64,000 nt of DNA from Thermoproteota archaeon (GCA_042565955.1 JBHORG010000003.1:33328-97327), one strand, 5' to 3'; positions 27,495 through 37,585 are shown, numbered from the stretch's first letter. Made by a program: numbers and translations. Notes: generated from the sequence alone by a model not told the origin.

Positions 27495-28082
27495 ATGACT
27501 TTTGAATCAAGTAAAAATCTTAGTGCTGTCGGAGCTTTATTGATAGTTATTGGTGCTGTCTTAGGTTTCGTAGTGTCTTTTTCAGGTATTCTGTCATTAA
27601 TCGGTATAATTCTGTTGCTTATTGGATTAAAGGGGCTTGCGGATTTCTACAAAGAAGAGGGTATATTCAACAATGCGCTTTATTCCATACTTATTGCTGT
27701 GGTGGGATGTGTAGTTGGTGTCGGAATCATAGCGGTTACAGCTGTTTCGGCTTTGGCTGATGAGGGCATCGATTGGGCTAATGTAGACGATTGGGTTAAT
27801 TATGGAACTGATGTATTTACAGATTTTGACTTTAGTCCAATATTGGATCTGTTAGTTGCATTATTGGTTGGTCTAATAATTTTCTATGTAGTCTTGATCA
27901 TTTCAATGTATTTCCTTAGGAAGTCAATGAATCAATTATCAACAAAGTCTGGAATCGGTTTGTTTGGTACCGCTGGGATACTAGTGCTTATAGGCGCAGT
28001 AATACCCGTTATAGGGTTACTGCTAATTTGGATTGGTTTTGTACTAGCTACAGTAGCATTATTCCAAATGAAAAAAGAGTAA
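27495..28082 (+). CDS. multi-pass membrane protein (DUF996-like)
   Basis: Paralog of the element-borne ORF 17864-18493 but lacking its zinc ribbon. Confidence 0.65.
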   Translation: MTFESSKNLSAVGALLIVIGAVLGFVVSFSGILSLIGIILLLIGLKGLADFYKEEGIFNNALYSILIAVVGCVVGVGIIAVTAVSALADEGIDWANVDDWVNYGTDVFTDFDFSPILDLLVALLVGLIIFYVVLIISMYFLRKSMNQLSTKSGIGLFGTAGILVLIGAVIPVIGLLLIWIGFVLATVALFQMKKE

Positions 28083-28589
28083 GCTAGGGCATAATCTAGT
28101 CTATTGAATAGACAATAAAAAACCAACACACCCTTTTTTTATCTTCCATTCGCGATTACTATAATACATTGTTTCACAGTCACACGATATGTTTCATTTA
28201 GAACGTAATTACTCGTAATCGCATCCATTAGATCCACAACTAGACCATCTTCTTACAGTTCCCCCATGTGTTAAGTTAAAGCTAAAGTAGACGTGTTTAT
28301 CCACATTGCCAACTTGCCATAATATTCTGACTTTTCATCTTTAATATTGTTAATATTTTTCTTGCTGTCTCGTTCCTACGAATAGAAATTATTTTCATCT
28401 CTATGTTGAAGATTATTTTATTCAAAATATCGTTTGTTTGATTCATCGAAAGTTACCTCTAATATAATGATGATTTGTAAACAGAGGTAACATTTCTAAC
28501 TGGTTGCACATCCTGAATCTTAAAGTGCAATGTAGTATTAACTGTCTAAACTAAACCTTTTTAAATGATTTATTTTATCCCTTCAATTT

Positions 28590-28656
28590 GCGGGTAGGTG
28601 GTGCCTCCCACCCGTTCCGCATTAAAAATCCCGGAGTCGGGAGGTAAAAAGATAGA
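28590..28656 (+). promoter_or_regulatory. candidate structured 5' leader that sequesters the SD sequence
   Basis: Hairpin GCGG-(GGTGG-TGCCTC-CCACC)-CCGC. Its loop CCTCCC (28604-28609) is complementary to GGGAGG (28639-28644), 12 nt upstream of the ATG. A competing local hairpin TCCC-GGAGTC-GGGA is also possible. Confidence 0.35.
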
Positions 28657-29187
28657 ATGAAAACAAATGAAGTAAGTTTAACGATAGTTTTTACAAGTTT
28701 GTATGCAGTTTTAGTGATTGCTTTAGGAACAATGGGTCAAGGTCCTGTGCAATTGCGTGTTGCTGATTGCCTGATTCCATTAGCAGCTTTGTTTGGTTGG
28801 CCCGTAATCGTTGGTGTAACTGCTGGGTGCTTTGTGGGTAACTCATTCGTTTGGTTGGGTACAGAGGACGTTGTCTTTGGGACAATCGCTAACTTGATCG
28901 CAGCAACCATAGTTTTTCTTCTTAGAAAACGACAATTGTTGGCTTGCACTGTTGGTTCTTTGCCGATTGGATTTATTGTGGGAAGCTACCTTTGGTTATT
29001 CTTCGATTTCCAAGTAGACATCTTTGGATTACTCATTCCATCATGGGCTGCTATGATTGCGAGCGTTACACTAAGCACTTTAATTGTGATGTCGGGAATA
29101 GGTTATGCTATACTCAATGCATTGAGCGGTTCGAGCTTTATCCAAGTGTTCAAATCTTGGGGAATAAAAGTATACAATAAAGAATAA
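28657..29187 (+). CDS. QueT-like queuosine/archaeosine precursor transporter
   Basis: About 5 TM segments and a GPVQLRVADCLIPL segment resembling the QueT signature (G.IQFRVSE). Confidence 0.65.
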   Translation: MKTNEVSLTIVFTSLYAVLVIALGTMGQGPVQLRVADCLIPLAALFGWPVIVGVTAGCFVGNSFVWLGTEDVVFGTIANLIAATIVFLLRKRQLLACTVGSLPIGFIVGSYLWLFFDFQVDIFGLLIPSWAAMIASVTLSTLIVMSGIGYAILNALSGSSFIQVFKSWGIKVYNKE

Positions 29188-29300
29188 ACTGCATCAACAG
29201 GTTTGCTGATCTCAGAAATAAAATGTTGAAAGGCAATGTTCCTAACGGAATCAGGATAGAAGATGTTTTATTACTAGAAAATATTGGTTGTGAGTAAGAG

Positions 29301-29795
29301 ATGGATCAAGAAACAGTTTTTGGGTTAGCAGAACCATTTTTGAAGAGAAACGATTTTGGAATACCCCATACCAGAATAGTCTTTGATATCGCAACCAAAA
29401 ACTTTGAGATTCCCCAAGAATTGGAAGAATTGATCTTTTGTTCTATAATCATGCATGATATAGGCGGAAAGAGCATCAAAAAGCAATATGAGGATGGTCC
29501 AAAAATAGCTGCGTCTATTCTACAAAAACTGGGATATGACCAGAATTTTGTTGATCAAGTTTGCGAAATTGTACGCACTCACCATGATCATCCTGATAAT
29601 CAGTCTTTGGCTTTCAAGTTATTGTCAGATTCAGACAAGCTTGCAATGTTTTCTAGTGAAGAGTTTTCTTATTACAACTCGCAACCTGATTTTTACTGGA
29701 ACCAAATAGTTAACCTAATCTATCAAGAGCATGCAAGAGATTTAGCAAAGGAACTGTTGCATCAAAGAAAAGCTCATACAGCACAAAAATACTAA
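29301..29795 (+). CDS. HD-domain protein
   Basis: IIMHDIGG and VRTHHDHPD motifs. Confidence 0.7.
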   Translation: MDQETVFGLAEPFLKRNDFGIPHTRIVFDIATKNFEIPQELEELIFCSIIMHDIGGKSIKKQYEDGPKIAASILQKLGYDQNFVDQVCEIVRTHHDHPDNQSLAFKLLSDSDKLAMFSSEEFSYYNSQPDFYWNQIVNLIYQEHARDLAKELLHQRKAHTAQKY

Positions 29796-30015
29796 GCAAT
29801 TATTTTTTTGGTCTTTCAGCCTATTGGAACCATTACAGTTCACTGTACACAAAAATGAGTTTACGTGATAGGTTACACAATCTCCTGGAAAGATAATTTT
29901 TTATTAATTGTCAAACCATTAATAATGTTGGCTGCATTCATCATGTTGCTGGTGTTCTTCCAGAAATCTTCTTTACAAAGATGAATCAGAAAAATATGAA
30001 AAAGGGTAACATAAC

Positions 30016-32514
30016 ATGGACAAAAAAGGTATCATTTGTTTAGTTTTGTTTGTAATCCTTTTAGCCTCAGCCTTTTCTGTTTCCATTCCCTTTACAGCAA
30101 TCGAAACTGCAACCGCTTATGAAGTCTCGGCTGAGCCTCGAGAAAATCATGATTGGCCTATGTTTCACCAGAACTTAATGCACACTGGCAAGTCAGAATC
30201 AGCAGCTCCAAAAACAAACCAGACCCTGTGGAAATTCAATACTGGTGGTCAAGTAGGTTCTCCGGTTGTGGAAGGCGGTTTAGTTTATGTGGGTTCGTAT
30301 GACCGTAAAATCTACGCTTTGGATGCAACAAACGGATCTCAAGTGTGGAGTTATGAAAGTGGTGGGGTGGTGGTTTCTCGTCCTGTCGTAGTTGACGATT
30401 TGGTTTACGTAGGTTCAGAAGATTACAAGGTTTATGCTTTGGATGCATCCAATGGTGCTGAAGTATGGAATTTCACGACAGAATACTTCGTGGATACAGA
30501 TCCCGCATACTCTAATGGTATAGTTTATGTAGGCTCTGTTGACAACAAGGTTTACGCTATTAACGCTTCAACAGGAGATCATATATGGAGTTACAAAACA
30601 GACGGACAGATTATGTTGTCTTCTCCGTTAGTTGCTGAGGACATTGTGTACATAGGTTCAATAGACAACAATATTTATGCTTTAGATGCCTTAAATGGGA
30701 ACCTCATATGGAATTACGAAACTGGTGATAATGTTGTTTCCTCTCCTGCTGTTTTCAATAACCTAGTCGTTGTAAGCTCATTAGATAACCAGATTTACGG
30801 TTTGGATTCTTCTAACGGCACCTTAGTTTGGAATTTTACTACTAGTGGTGAAGTATATTCCTCTCCAGCTATTAGTGAAGGCAAGGTTTATGTTGGTTCA
30901 CAAGATAGCAGGATTTACTGTTTGGATGGTTTAACTGGAGATTATATTTGGGATTACAAAACAGGGGGCGGTATATCATCCTCTCCTGTTGTGACTGGTG
31001 GCAAGGTTTATGTGGGTTCATTAGATAACAAGATTTATTGTTTAGATGCATCCAACGGCGACTTGATATGGAACTATAAGACAGAAGACCTTGTGATTTC
31101 TCGTCCTGATGTTGCTAACGGATTAGTTTACGTGGGCGGATGGGACGGCAAGCTTTATGCTTTGGACATATTAGATGGAGACCTTGTGTGGAAATTCAGA
31201 ACTGGAGGAAAAGTGGACTCTTCTGTTGCAGTAGTTGATGGTATAGTTTACGTGGGTTCCCATAACAACAAAGTTTTCGCATTAAACGCTACAACCGGTA
31301 TGATAGGTTATGATATTGAACTACACAACACTGTCATCTGGTCTTTCACTGCCGACGATTTGATCCTGTTGTCTTCTCCTGCTGTAGCTAATGGCCTAGT
31401 TTATGTAGGTTCGTACGATCACAATGTTTACGCTTTGAATGCTTCAACAGGCGACTACATATGGAATTACAAAACAGATCTTTATGTTGTTTCTTCTCCT
31501 GCAGTAGCTAATGGCTTGGTTTATGTTGGCTCACAGGACAAAAAGGTGTACGCCTTGGACGCCTTGACTGGTGACCATGTATGGAACTACACAACTGGCG
31601 GAAAGATTGTAATGTCTTCTCCTGCTGTTGCCAACGGATTAGTCTACATAGGCTCATTAGATTACAATGTTTACGCCTTAGATGCTTCAACAGGCGACTA
31701 TGTTTGGAATTATAAAACAGGTGATATGGTTCTGTCTTCCCCTGTTGTAGTTAACGGTTTGGTATATTTCGGATCACAGGACCATAAAGTGTACGCATTG
31801 GATGCATCTGATGGCACTTTGGTGTGGAATTTCACAACTAGTGGTCCTGTGTATTCTTCTGCTGCAGTGGCTGACGGGATTGTATACATTGGCTCACGGG
31901 ACAACAGAATTTACGCATTTAATACATTAACTGGTGCGCAAATCTGGAATTATTCAACAGGAGGTTTTGTAGATTCTTCTCCTGCAGTGGCTGATGGCAA
32001 AGTTTACGTGGGTTCAGAAGACAAAAAGTTATACTCATTTAATGCTTCAACAGGTGAGCACCTCTGGGACTATGAAACAGAAGATGCAGTAGTCTCTTCT
32101 CCTGCTATAGCTAATGGCATAACCTATGTTGGTTCATATGATCACCTAGTTTATGCGATAGGAGAGTATACTCCAAGTAACACAACTTTTAAAGTGTCTT
32201 TTGTTGCGTCGGGCTTACCCAAAGAAGCAAACTGGACAGTAAGCTTCAACGATCAAATAAAAAGCTCAACTTCAAACACAATAATTTTTGAAATCCAAAA
32301 CGGGGAGTACTCCTTTTCTATATTTTCGCCAGCGGGGTATAACGCTTCTTTATCATCTGGAACTGTAATCGTAAACTCAGAAAACTTTAACCAGCAAATA
32401 TTATTCAATTCGACTGTTCAAGACTCTTCATTGCTTGATACTTTGTTGCCTGTTATGGTTGTGCTAATTTTGATTGCAATTGTTGGTGTCGTGATTTACT
32501 TGAGAAAACATTAG
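30016..32514 (+). CDS. PQQ-like beta-propeller repeat surface protein
   Basis: Signal peptide and about 18 repeats of SSPAVANGLVYVGSxDxKVYALDAxTGDxxWNY, followed by an Ig-like segment and a C-terminal TM anchor. Confidence 0.85.
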   Translation: MDKKGIICLVLFVILLASAFSVSIPFTAIETATAYEVSAEPRENHDWPMFHQNLMHTGKSESAAPKTNQTLWKFNTGGQVGSPVVEGGLVYVGSYDRKIYALDATNGSQVWSYESGGVVVSRPVVVDDLVYVGSEDYKVYALDASNGAEVWNFTTEYFVDTDPAYSNGIVYVGSVDNKVYAINASTGDHIWSYKTDGQIMLSSPLVAEDIVYIGSIDNNIYALDALNGNLIWNYETGDNVVSSPAVFNNLVVVSSLDNQIYGLDSSNGTLVWNFTTSGEVYSSPAISEGKVYVGSQDSRIYCLDGLTGDYIWDYKTGGGISSSPVVTGGKVYVGSLDNKIYCLDASNGDLIWNYKTEDLVISRPDVANGLVYVGGWDGKLYALDILDGDLVWKFRTGGKVDSSVAVVDGIVYVGSHNNKVFALNATTGMIGYDIELHNTVIWSFTADDLILLSSPAVANGLVYVGSYDHNVYALNASTGDYIWNYKTDLYVVSSPAVANGLVYVGSQDKKVYALDALTGDHVWNYTTGGKIVMSSPAVANGLVYIGSLDYNVYALDASTGDYVWNYKTGDMVLSSPVVVNGLVYFGSQDHKVYALDASDGTLVWNFTTSGPVYSSAAVADGIVYIGSRDNRIYAFNTLTGAQIWNYSTGGFVDSSPAVADGKVYVGSEDKKLYSFNASTGEHLWDYETEDAVVSSPAIANGITYVGSYDHLVYAIGEYTPSNTTFKVSFVASGLPKEANWTVSFNDQIKSSTSNTIIFEIQNGEYSFSIFSPAGYNASLSSGTVIVNSENFNQQILFNSTVQDSSLLDTLLPVMVVLILIAIVGVVIYLRKH

Positions 32515-32618
32515 GAAAACTATGCGTTGACTTGATCTTTACTTTCCAAGTATGGACTTAAGGTTAATGACGGTAAATTTAATTGGCAAATAACCAGTAG
32601 AGAGGGTGCACGGCGTTT

Positions 32619-33044
32619 TTATTTTACGTAGAACATGTCCTTTGTTGCAGTTGGCTTTATTGTTTCTTGTTGTATTTTCTTTTCTATCTTTTTTTCTTGG
32701 CTTCCGGTTATCTTTGCATCGTAGTCAACAAAGGCACATACAAGATCGGCGAGATTCTTGTTTATTTCTGTCAATTCATCTAACGAAAATTGTGCCATAA
32801 TGTCAGGATTGTCAGCCCACTGCAACCAACCAGTTACGCTTCGTTGTAATGCAAGTACTGTGAACCTTATTGTTCGCACCGTGTCGAGGCGGTCACTTCC
32901 CTCGACCTTTGATGAGTTCTTTATTTCCTTCAAAATTCGTTGGCAGTCGTTAACCCATTTTCCTTCCATGAGTTGCACCACAGTATACCCTAGGAAATTC
33001 GGCCATAAAAGGTTTCTTAATTTCAAATATTTTTGCAAAAACAT
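32619..33044 (-). CDS. hypothetical protein
   Basis: The C-terminal ~115 aa look protein-like (RTIRFTVLALQRSVTGWLQWADNPDIM). The listed 225-aa version overlaps the DUF1385 gene, so an internal ATG (33044 or 32969) is preferred. Confidence 0.45.
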   Translation of the reverse strand: MFLQKYLKLRNLLWPNFLGYTVVQLMEGKWVNDCQRILKEIKNSSKVEGSDRLDTVRTIRFTVLALQRSVTGWLQWADNPDIMAQFSLDELTEINKNLADLVCAFVDYDAKITGSQEKKIEKKIQQETIKPTATKDMFYVK

Positions 33045-33073
33045 ATAAGAACCGATAAATTCTCTTTTCAGAT

Positions 33074-33970
33074 ATGAGCCTAAACGACAAGCGAGAGAAA
33101 GAATCATCCTTAGCCTTTGGTGGACAAGCAGTAATGGAGGGCGTAATGATCCGTTCCAAAGACAATTTGGTAATATGTGTACGACAACCCAACCAAGAAA
33201 TTGTAACAAAGACAGAAAAACTGCGTTCACTTTCTCAAAAGTACAGATTCCTGAAAATTCCTTTTTTGAGAGGAATCCTGGCTCTGTTTGAAACATTATA
33301 CTCGGGAATCAAAGGCATCTATTTCTCTGCAAATGCCACTTTTGGTGATAATGAAGAAGCAAGCCTCAATCCTAAAGAAATCGCCATAACCCTTGTTGTT
33401 TCCCTTGGTTTATCTGTGCTATTGTTTAGTGTCTTGCCTTTCTACTTTACGTCCCTTTTAGATCTCGGGGTAGGAGTTCTCTTCAATGTGACTGAAGGAG
33501 TAGTTAGGCTTAGTTTCCTTCTTGTTTACCTAGCGGCAGTATCAATGCTCAAAGATTTCAAGCGGATACTCCAATATCACGGCGCAGAACATGCATCAAT
33601 CAACGCATATGAGGCTGGAGTTGAATTAAATGTCGAGAATGTCCGAAAATACTCCCGTTTTCACGCTAGATGCGGAACCTCATTCCTTCTCATAGTTACG
33701 TTAATTAGCATTCTGTTTTTCACGATAATAACAAGCCCGGATTATGTGACAAGGTTCGCCTACAGGATTGTTCTAATTCCAGTCATCAGTGCTGTTTCTT
33801 ATGAGCTTTTGCGGCTAAGCGATAGATACAAAAACTCAATGGCAGTTAGGGCTTTAGTAGCTCCTGGTTTGCTTCTTCAACGTTTCACGACTCGGCAGCC
33901 TGACGACGGCATGATTGAAGTAGCTATAAAAGCTGTGAAAGAAGTTGAAAGCCTACAACGGGCCAGTTAA
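33074..33970 (+). CDS. DUF1385 family membrane protein
   Basis: FGGQAVMEGVMIRS N-terminus and the YHGAEH motif. Confidence 0.8.
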   Translation: MSLNDKREKESSLAFGGQAVMEGVMIRSKDNLVICVRQPNQEIVTKTEKLRSLSQKYRFLKIPFLRGILALFETLYSGIKGIYFSANATFGDNEEASLNPKEIAITLVVSLGLSVLLFSVLPFYFTSLLDLGVGVLFNVTEGVVRLSFLLVYLAAVSMLKDFKRILQYHGAEHASINAYEAGVELNVENVRKYSRFHARCGTSFLLIVTLISILFFTIITSPDYVTRFAYRIVLIPVISAVSYELLRLSDRYKNSMAVRALVAPGLLLQRFTTRQPDDGMIEVAIKAVKEVESLQRAS

Positions 33971-34030
33971 TAAAGTCAAGATTTCGGATTACTTATAAAT
34001 AGGCAGTTGTCTTCTCAGAAATAGGCGATT

Positions 34031-34735
34031 GTGGTGGATTCCCTGAAACTGGACCTAAAGTCTTGGAAGCTCTTCTTTACTATCTATAAATTGGCAGAAT
34101 TAGGTGCTTCTACACGAACTGTTAAGGTTTCCACGGAGTATCTAGCTGAAAAAATTGGGGCATCCCAGCAAACAGCATCTCGACACCTTATCAGCTTGGA
34201 GAAGTTAGGGTGGATCAAAAGAACCATAACAGCCGAAGGCTGTTTGATAAAAATCACTAACCAAGGCATTGCCGAGTTAAAAAAATTGTACTCTGAATTG
34301 CGTTTAATTTTTGAGTCTGATTATCCTCCATCAATTATTTTGGAGGGTGTTTTGTTCAGCGGTTTGGGTGAGGGCGCCTATTATGTTACCAAAGCTGGGT
34401 ATCGTAAACAATTTATGGAAAAGCTTGGCTTTGATCCCTATCCTGGAACTCTTAATATCAAATTAACAACTGATTATGATCTAAAATCTCTCTCAGAGCT
34501 TGAAACGTATCCTGCTGTGGAACTTGAAGGTTTTCAGGATGAATCCAGAACTTTTGGTTCCGTAAAGTGCTACCCTGCAATAATAAATAATAAAGTGAAG
34601 GGCGCTGTTATCTATGCTCTAAGAAGTCATTACGGGTCTTCGGTGCTAGAGATTGTTTCCCCATCGTTTCTTAGAAGTAGCTTGAAACTAAAAGATGGAA
34701 ACAAGGTAAAAGTTGAGATTATGATCTTACCCTAG
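34031..34735 (+). CDS. ribK: wHTH-fused CTP-dependent riboflavin kinase (RbkR-like)
   Basis: The N-terminal ~90 aa are wHTH-like (SQQTASRHLISLEKLGWI). The C-terminal archaeal RibK core has GLGEGAYY and YPGTLNIKL. Confidence 0.8.
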   Translation: MVDSLKLDLKSWKLFFTIYKLAELGASTRTVKVSTEYLAEKIGASQQTASRHLISLEKLGWIKRTITAEGCLIKITNQGIAELKKLYSELRLIFESDYPPSIILEGVLFSGLGEGAYYVTKAGYRKQFMEKLGFDPYPGTLNIKLTTDYDLKSLSELETYPAVELEGFQDESRTFGSVKCYPAIINNKVKGAVIYALRSHYGSSVLEIVSPSFLRSSLKLKDGNKVKVEIMILP

Positions 34736-34742
34736 TTCTTTC

Positions 34743-35201
34743 TTAATGATTGGCTGTTTCAATGATCTTCTTAACGATTTTTGAGGAACTGTCCAGCGCT
34801 CTTTTTCCAAATCTTCCTATCTTTGCAACTTCGATTCTTGCTTTCTTTTCTTCTATTACTTTTCGTAATTCCGTTTCCACTCCATCTTGGTCGTGGCCCA
34901 CGGCGATTACGTTCGGTTTTATCTTCTCAATTACTTTATCTATGCTGAAGTTCTCCCAACCCAAGATTGCTTCATCAACAACCTTCAAGGACTCGACGAG
35001 TCTTCGTCGTTGATCTTCTGGCATAACAGGTTTTTTTCCTTTTCTAGTTTTAACAGTGCTGTCTCTAGCAACTAAAACTATTAATTCTGCGTTTTTCCCC
35101 CCCAATTTTTTTGCTTCTTCTAGAAATCTAACGTGACCTAAGTGAAGCAAATCAAAAGTTCCTGAAGCTAGCACAATTCTTTTTTTCTTTTTTGTTACCA
35201 T
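34743..35201 (-). CDS. ribL: FAD synthetase, archaeal RibL type
   Basis: Cytidylyltransferase-fold motif GTFDLLHLGHVRFLEEAK; about 150 aa. Confidence 0.8.
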   Translation of the reverse strand: MVTKKKKRIVLASGTFDLLHLGHVRFLEEAKKLGGKNAELIVLVARDSTVKTRKGKKPVMPEDQRRRLVESLKVVDEAILGWENFSIDKVIEKIKPNVIAVGHDQDGVETELRKVIEEKKARIEVAKIGRFGKRALDSSSKIVKKIIETANH

Positions 35202-35455
35202 GAGAACTCTACAGCTCCTAACAGTCGTAGGGCATCTAACAGTCCCTCACAATAGGCAATGGATGTAAGGCTTGTTTCCATTTTTCCTTTCTCTTGATAA
35301 TATTTTGCGTCTGCCAGATAACGTTTAGCCCAGTCGAACACTGTCTTTGTTTCGGCTTCGTTTATATGTACCTCCTTTGGCAATTGTCCTATTTCCTTAA
35401 GAACTCGGTCAGCACCTCGGATATACTTAGTAATCAGATTATCAATGTTTGTCAT
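35195..35455 (-). CDS. DUF357 domain protein
   Basis: YLADAKYY...SIAYCEGLLDALRLLG pattern. Confidence 0.65.
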   Translation of the reverse strand: MTNIDNLITKYIRGADRVLKEIGQLPKEVHINEAETKTVFDWAKRYLADAKYYQEKGKMETSLTSIAYCEGLLDALRLLGAVEFSW

Positions 35456-36255
35456 TGTGCCATCTCCATTATTTCTTGTGGTGCATCAGCCAATGTTATG
35501 AGTGCTTCGGCTTCCATAAAATGGAGTTTGTCCGGAAATATTAGAGTGTGGGGAGGAGCGCCAAAGTCGTAGTTTATCACTTCTTCTATGTATCCCGCCT
35601 TTACTATTGGTTCATATGAGCCTGCCCGCGACACGCCAACAACCAATGTTCTTGAGGTGACAACTTGTTCTTTTTTTTGTTTTTCCAGTTCCAGAAGGAT
35701 CTGCAGCGCCTCATTAACTGTTAAATATTTCTGCTTCTCAGCTTTAATGTCTAAATAGCACATGGTGTGAAGTCCCATTTTCTTATTCTCTCGGATAACA
35801 TTGTATGGTGTTTCTGAAACAAATCCCTCTTCAACAAACGGTATTGTAACCGTTTTTCCAAACTTGTAATTCTGTAATCCCGAAATACCCCTAACAGCTG
35901 AAACCACAGATGCACCATGTATAACACGGGTTTTGATTCCTCTTTTTTCTGCGCTAATCCTCAAGTCAACATGAGTTGTGGCGATCATTGGGTCTCCCTG
36001 GACTAGAAATACTGCTTTTCCCTTCTTTGCTGCTTCAATAAGTTGTTGACCATCTTCCTCCTCTAGGACTCTTCGTGAAACAACATTAATCGCCTTTCCT
36101 ATAATCTCCTCAAGTTTCCTGATGGAGATCCCAGGCATTAGGCTTGTGTAAAATTCGGCAAAAACTATGTCTGCCTCTTTTAGTTCTTCAAGTCCCCTAA
36201 TTGAGAGGTCTTTTTCATCATATAGTCCTAATCCGATGAAGACAAGTTCATTCAA
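35452..36255 (-). CDS. dph5: diphthine synthase
   Basis: FIGLGLYDEKDLSIRGLE N-terminus, tetrapyrrole-methylase fold motifs and a C-terminal PPH motif. Confidence 0.9.
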   Translation of the reverse strand: MNELVFIGLGLYDEKDLSIRGLEELKEADIVFAEFYTSLMPGISIRKLEEIIGKAINVVSRRVLEEEDGQQLIEAAKKGKAVFLVQGDPMIATTHVDLRISAEKRGIKTRVIHGASVVSAVRGISGLQNYKFGKTVTIPFVEEGFVSETPYNVIRENKKMGLHTMCYLDIKAEKQKYLTVNEALQILLELEKQKKEQVVTSRTLVVGVSRAGSYEPIVKAGYIEEVINYDFGAPPHTLIFPDKLHFMEAEALITLADAPQEIMEMAQ

Positions 36256-36533
36256 AGCCTTCCTGCTCCCATTACCTTAGATCCTTTTTGCGAACTTGCT
36301 TAAAAACTAGTAAATTATGACTCTGCTCTCTATTTTGTTAATCTTTTCTTTCACTATTACTTTAGGGTGCTTGATGTAAGTGGATCTGTTTCTGGGTATC
36401 ATATGCAAACACAGAAAGGATGGAACTTATTTTAACTGGAAATATGATTATAGCAAAAGTGCTTTGAATATTATGTATGATGTTTGTAGCAAAGAGCCAA
36501 AATTAGCTTTCTTATAGGTTTTGTCAAACTCTA

Positions 36534-36848
36534 CTAATAACCTGCTACTGTTAGAACGCCTGAAATTGCTTTAAAATCGCGCAACTGAATCTTGTGTGCC
36601 TCTTTAATTATGGGGCTAACGACCTTAAGTACTGTTAAACCACGTTTAGTCACAACGTAAACTCCGTTGTTTGAACCCAAATTTTGTTTTTCAACGAGGT
36701 TATGGTTTGTCAGTAGCTTCAGATGCTGTATTAAATGTGTTTTTTCTAGTTCAACAGTGGTTCTCAACCACATTAAATTCATGGCACCGTTAGACGCCAA
36801 AGCACAAAGAATCTCAATGCATATCTGCAGTTTTGATCGATACACCAT
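36534..36848 (-). CDS. winged-helix DNA-binding protein
   Basis: 104 aa with a wHTH-like pattern (ILCALASNGAMNLMWL...LTNHNLVEKQ). Confidence 0.55.
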   Translation of the reverse strand: MVYRSKLQICIEILCALASNGAMNLMWLRTTVELEKTHLIQHLKLLTNHNLVEKQNLGSNNGVYVVTKRGLTVLKVVSPIIKEAHKIQLRDFKAISGVLTVAGY

Positions 36849-37173
36849 TTTACCCCTTTTATCTTCAGATCATAAATGACGCATCTTTTGTTTAGTGTGT
36901 CATTATTTTCCTAATTTACTCCTTTGTTACACTCTGTTTTATAGGTATTATGAATTATAAATTCAAACACGAAATCATTATTTTGATGTTGTTCTCATTT
37001 CTGAGGAAGATAGTTTCTTGTTCTATATTTTGATATGAGTTAGGATAAGCTTTGCAAAGTCACCAAATGTAGATTTGATAATCCGTGAAAGCTTTTTATC
37101 CAATGTTTTTTTGTTGTTTAAGAACAAAAAATATATGGGTACCTGCTCTCACAATAGGAGAGTGCCTCTTTGT

Positions 37174-37275
37174 GGGCCCGTAGCTCAGCAAGGCAGAGCG
37201 GCGGACTGGTCCATTGGGACTAGGCTGAGACTCTTAATCCGTAGGTCAGGGGTTCAATTCCCCTCGGGCCCGCCA
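37174..37275 (+). tRNA. tRNA-Lys (CUU) with ~25-nt intron, CCA encoded
   Basis: Acceptor GGGCCCG/CGGGCCC. Anticodon stem GCGGA/TCCGT encloses 32 nt ending CTCTTAA. T arm AGGGG-TTCAATT-CCCCT. Confidence 0.75.
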
Positions 37276-37324
37276 ACTTATTTCATTAGTTTTCCTCTTG
37301 GACATTATGCTGTGAGCCGTTGAA

Positions 37325-37585
37325 TTATATTATATTCTTCCTTTTCGTCACAACGTATGTGATAATGATCATGACAACAAGGATTACTGTAATTATTGGT
37401 GTGAACGAGCATCCTGCTTTGTATCCCAACATGCATGCTTTACTTACATATGGGAAGGGTATCACAGTCTTAATTGCAGCAAGAACCAATCCGATAATTA
37501 CAATGTAGACCTTGGTTCGTGTTGTTATTTGAATTTTCTCAGGTCCTGTAACTCTTTTTTTGGTTGAATTGTTTTGCATAATCAT
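37325..37585 (-). CDS. small membrane protein, function unknown
   Basis: 86 aa with two hydrophobic helices; the opposite-strand ORF 37320-37508 is an alternative. Confidence 0.3.
   Translation of the reverse strand: MIMQNNSTKKRVTGPEKIQITTRTKVYIVIIGLVLAAIKTVIPFPYVSKACMLGYKAGCSFTPIITVILVVMIIITYVVTKRKNII

Noticed and set aside
28093-28140. Palindrome GTCTATTGAATAGAC followed by a T-run after the DUF996-like gene
   Set aside because: It is plausibly a transcription terminator, but archaeal terminators need only the T-run and I cannot distinguish this from chance.
28452-28491. Perfect 9-bp inverted repeat GTTACCTCT…AGAGGTAAC whose loop contains ATGATGA; considered as a C/D box sRNA
   Set aside because: There is no convincing C'/D' pair or terminal D box at the right spacing. 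It may be a terminator or regulatory hairpin, but that cannot be supported.
32619-33296. Full-length 225-aa version of the minus-strand ORF
   Set aside because: Its first 84 codons overlap the well-supported DUF1385 gene and translate to low-quality sequence. A shorter version is reported instead.
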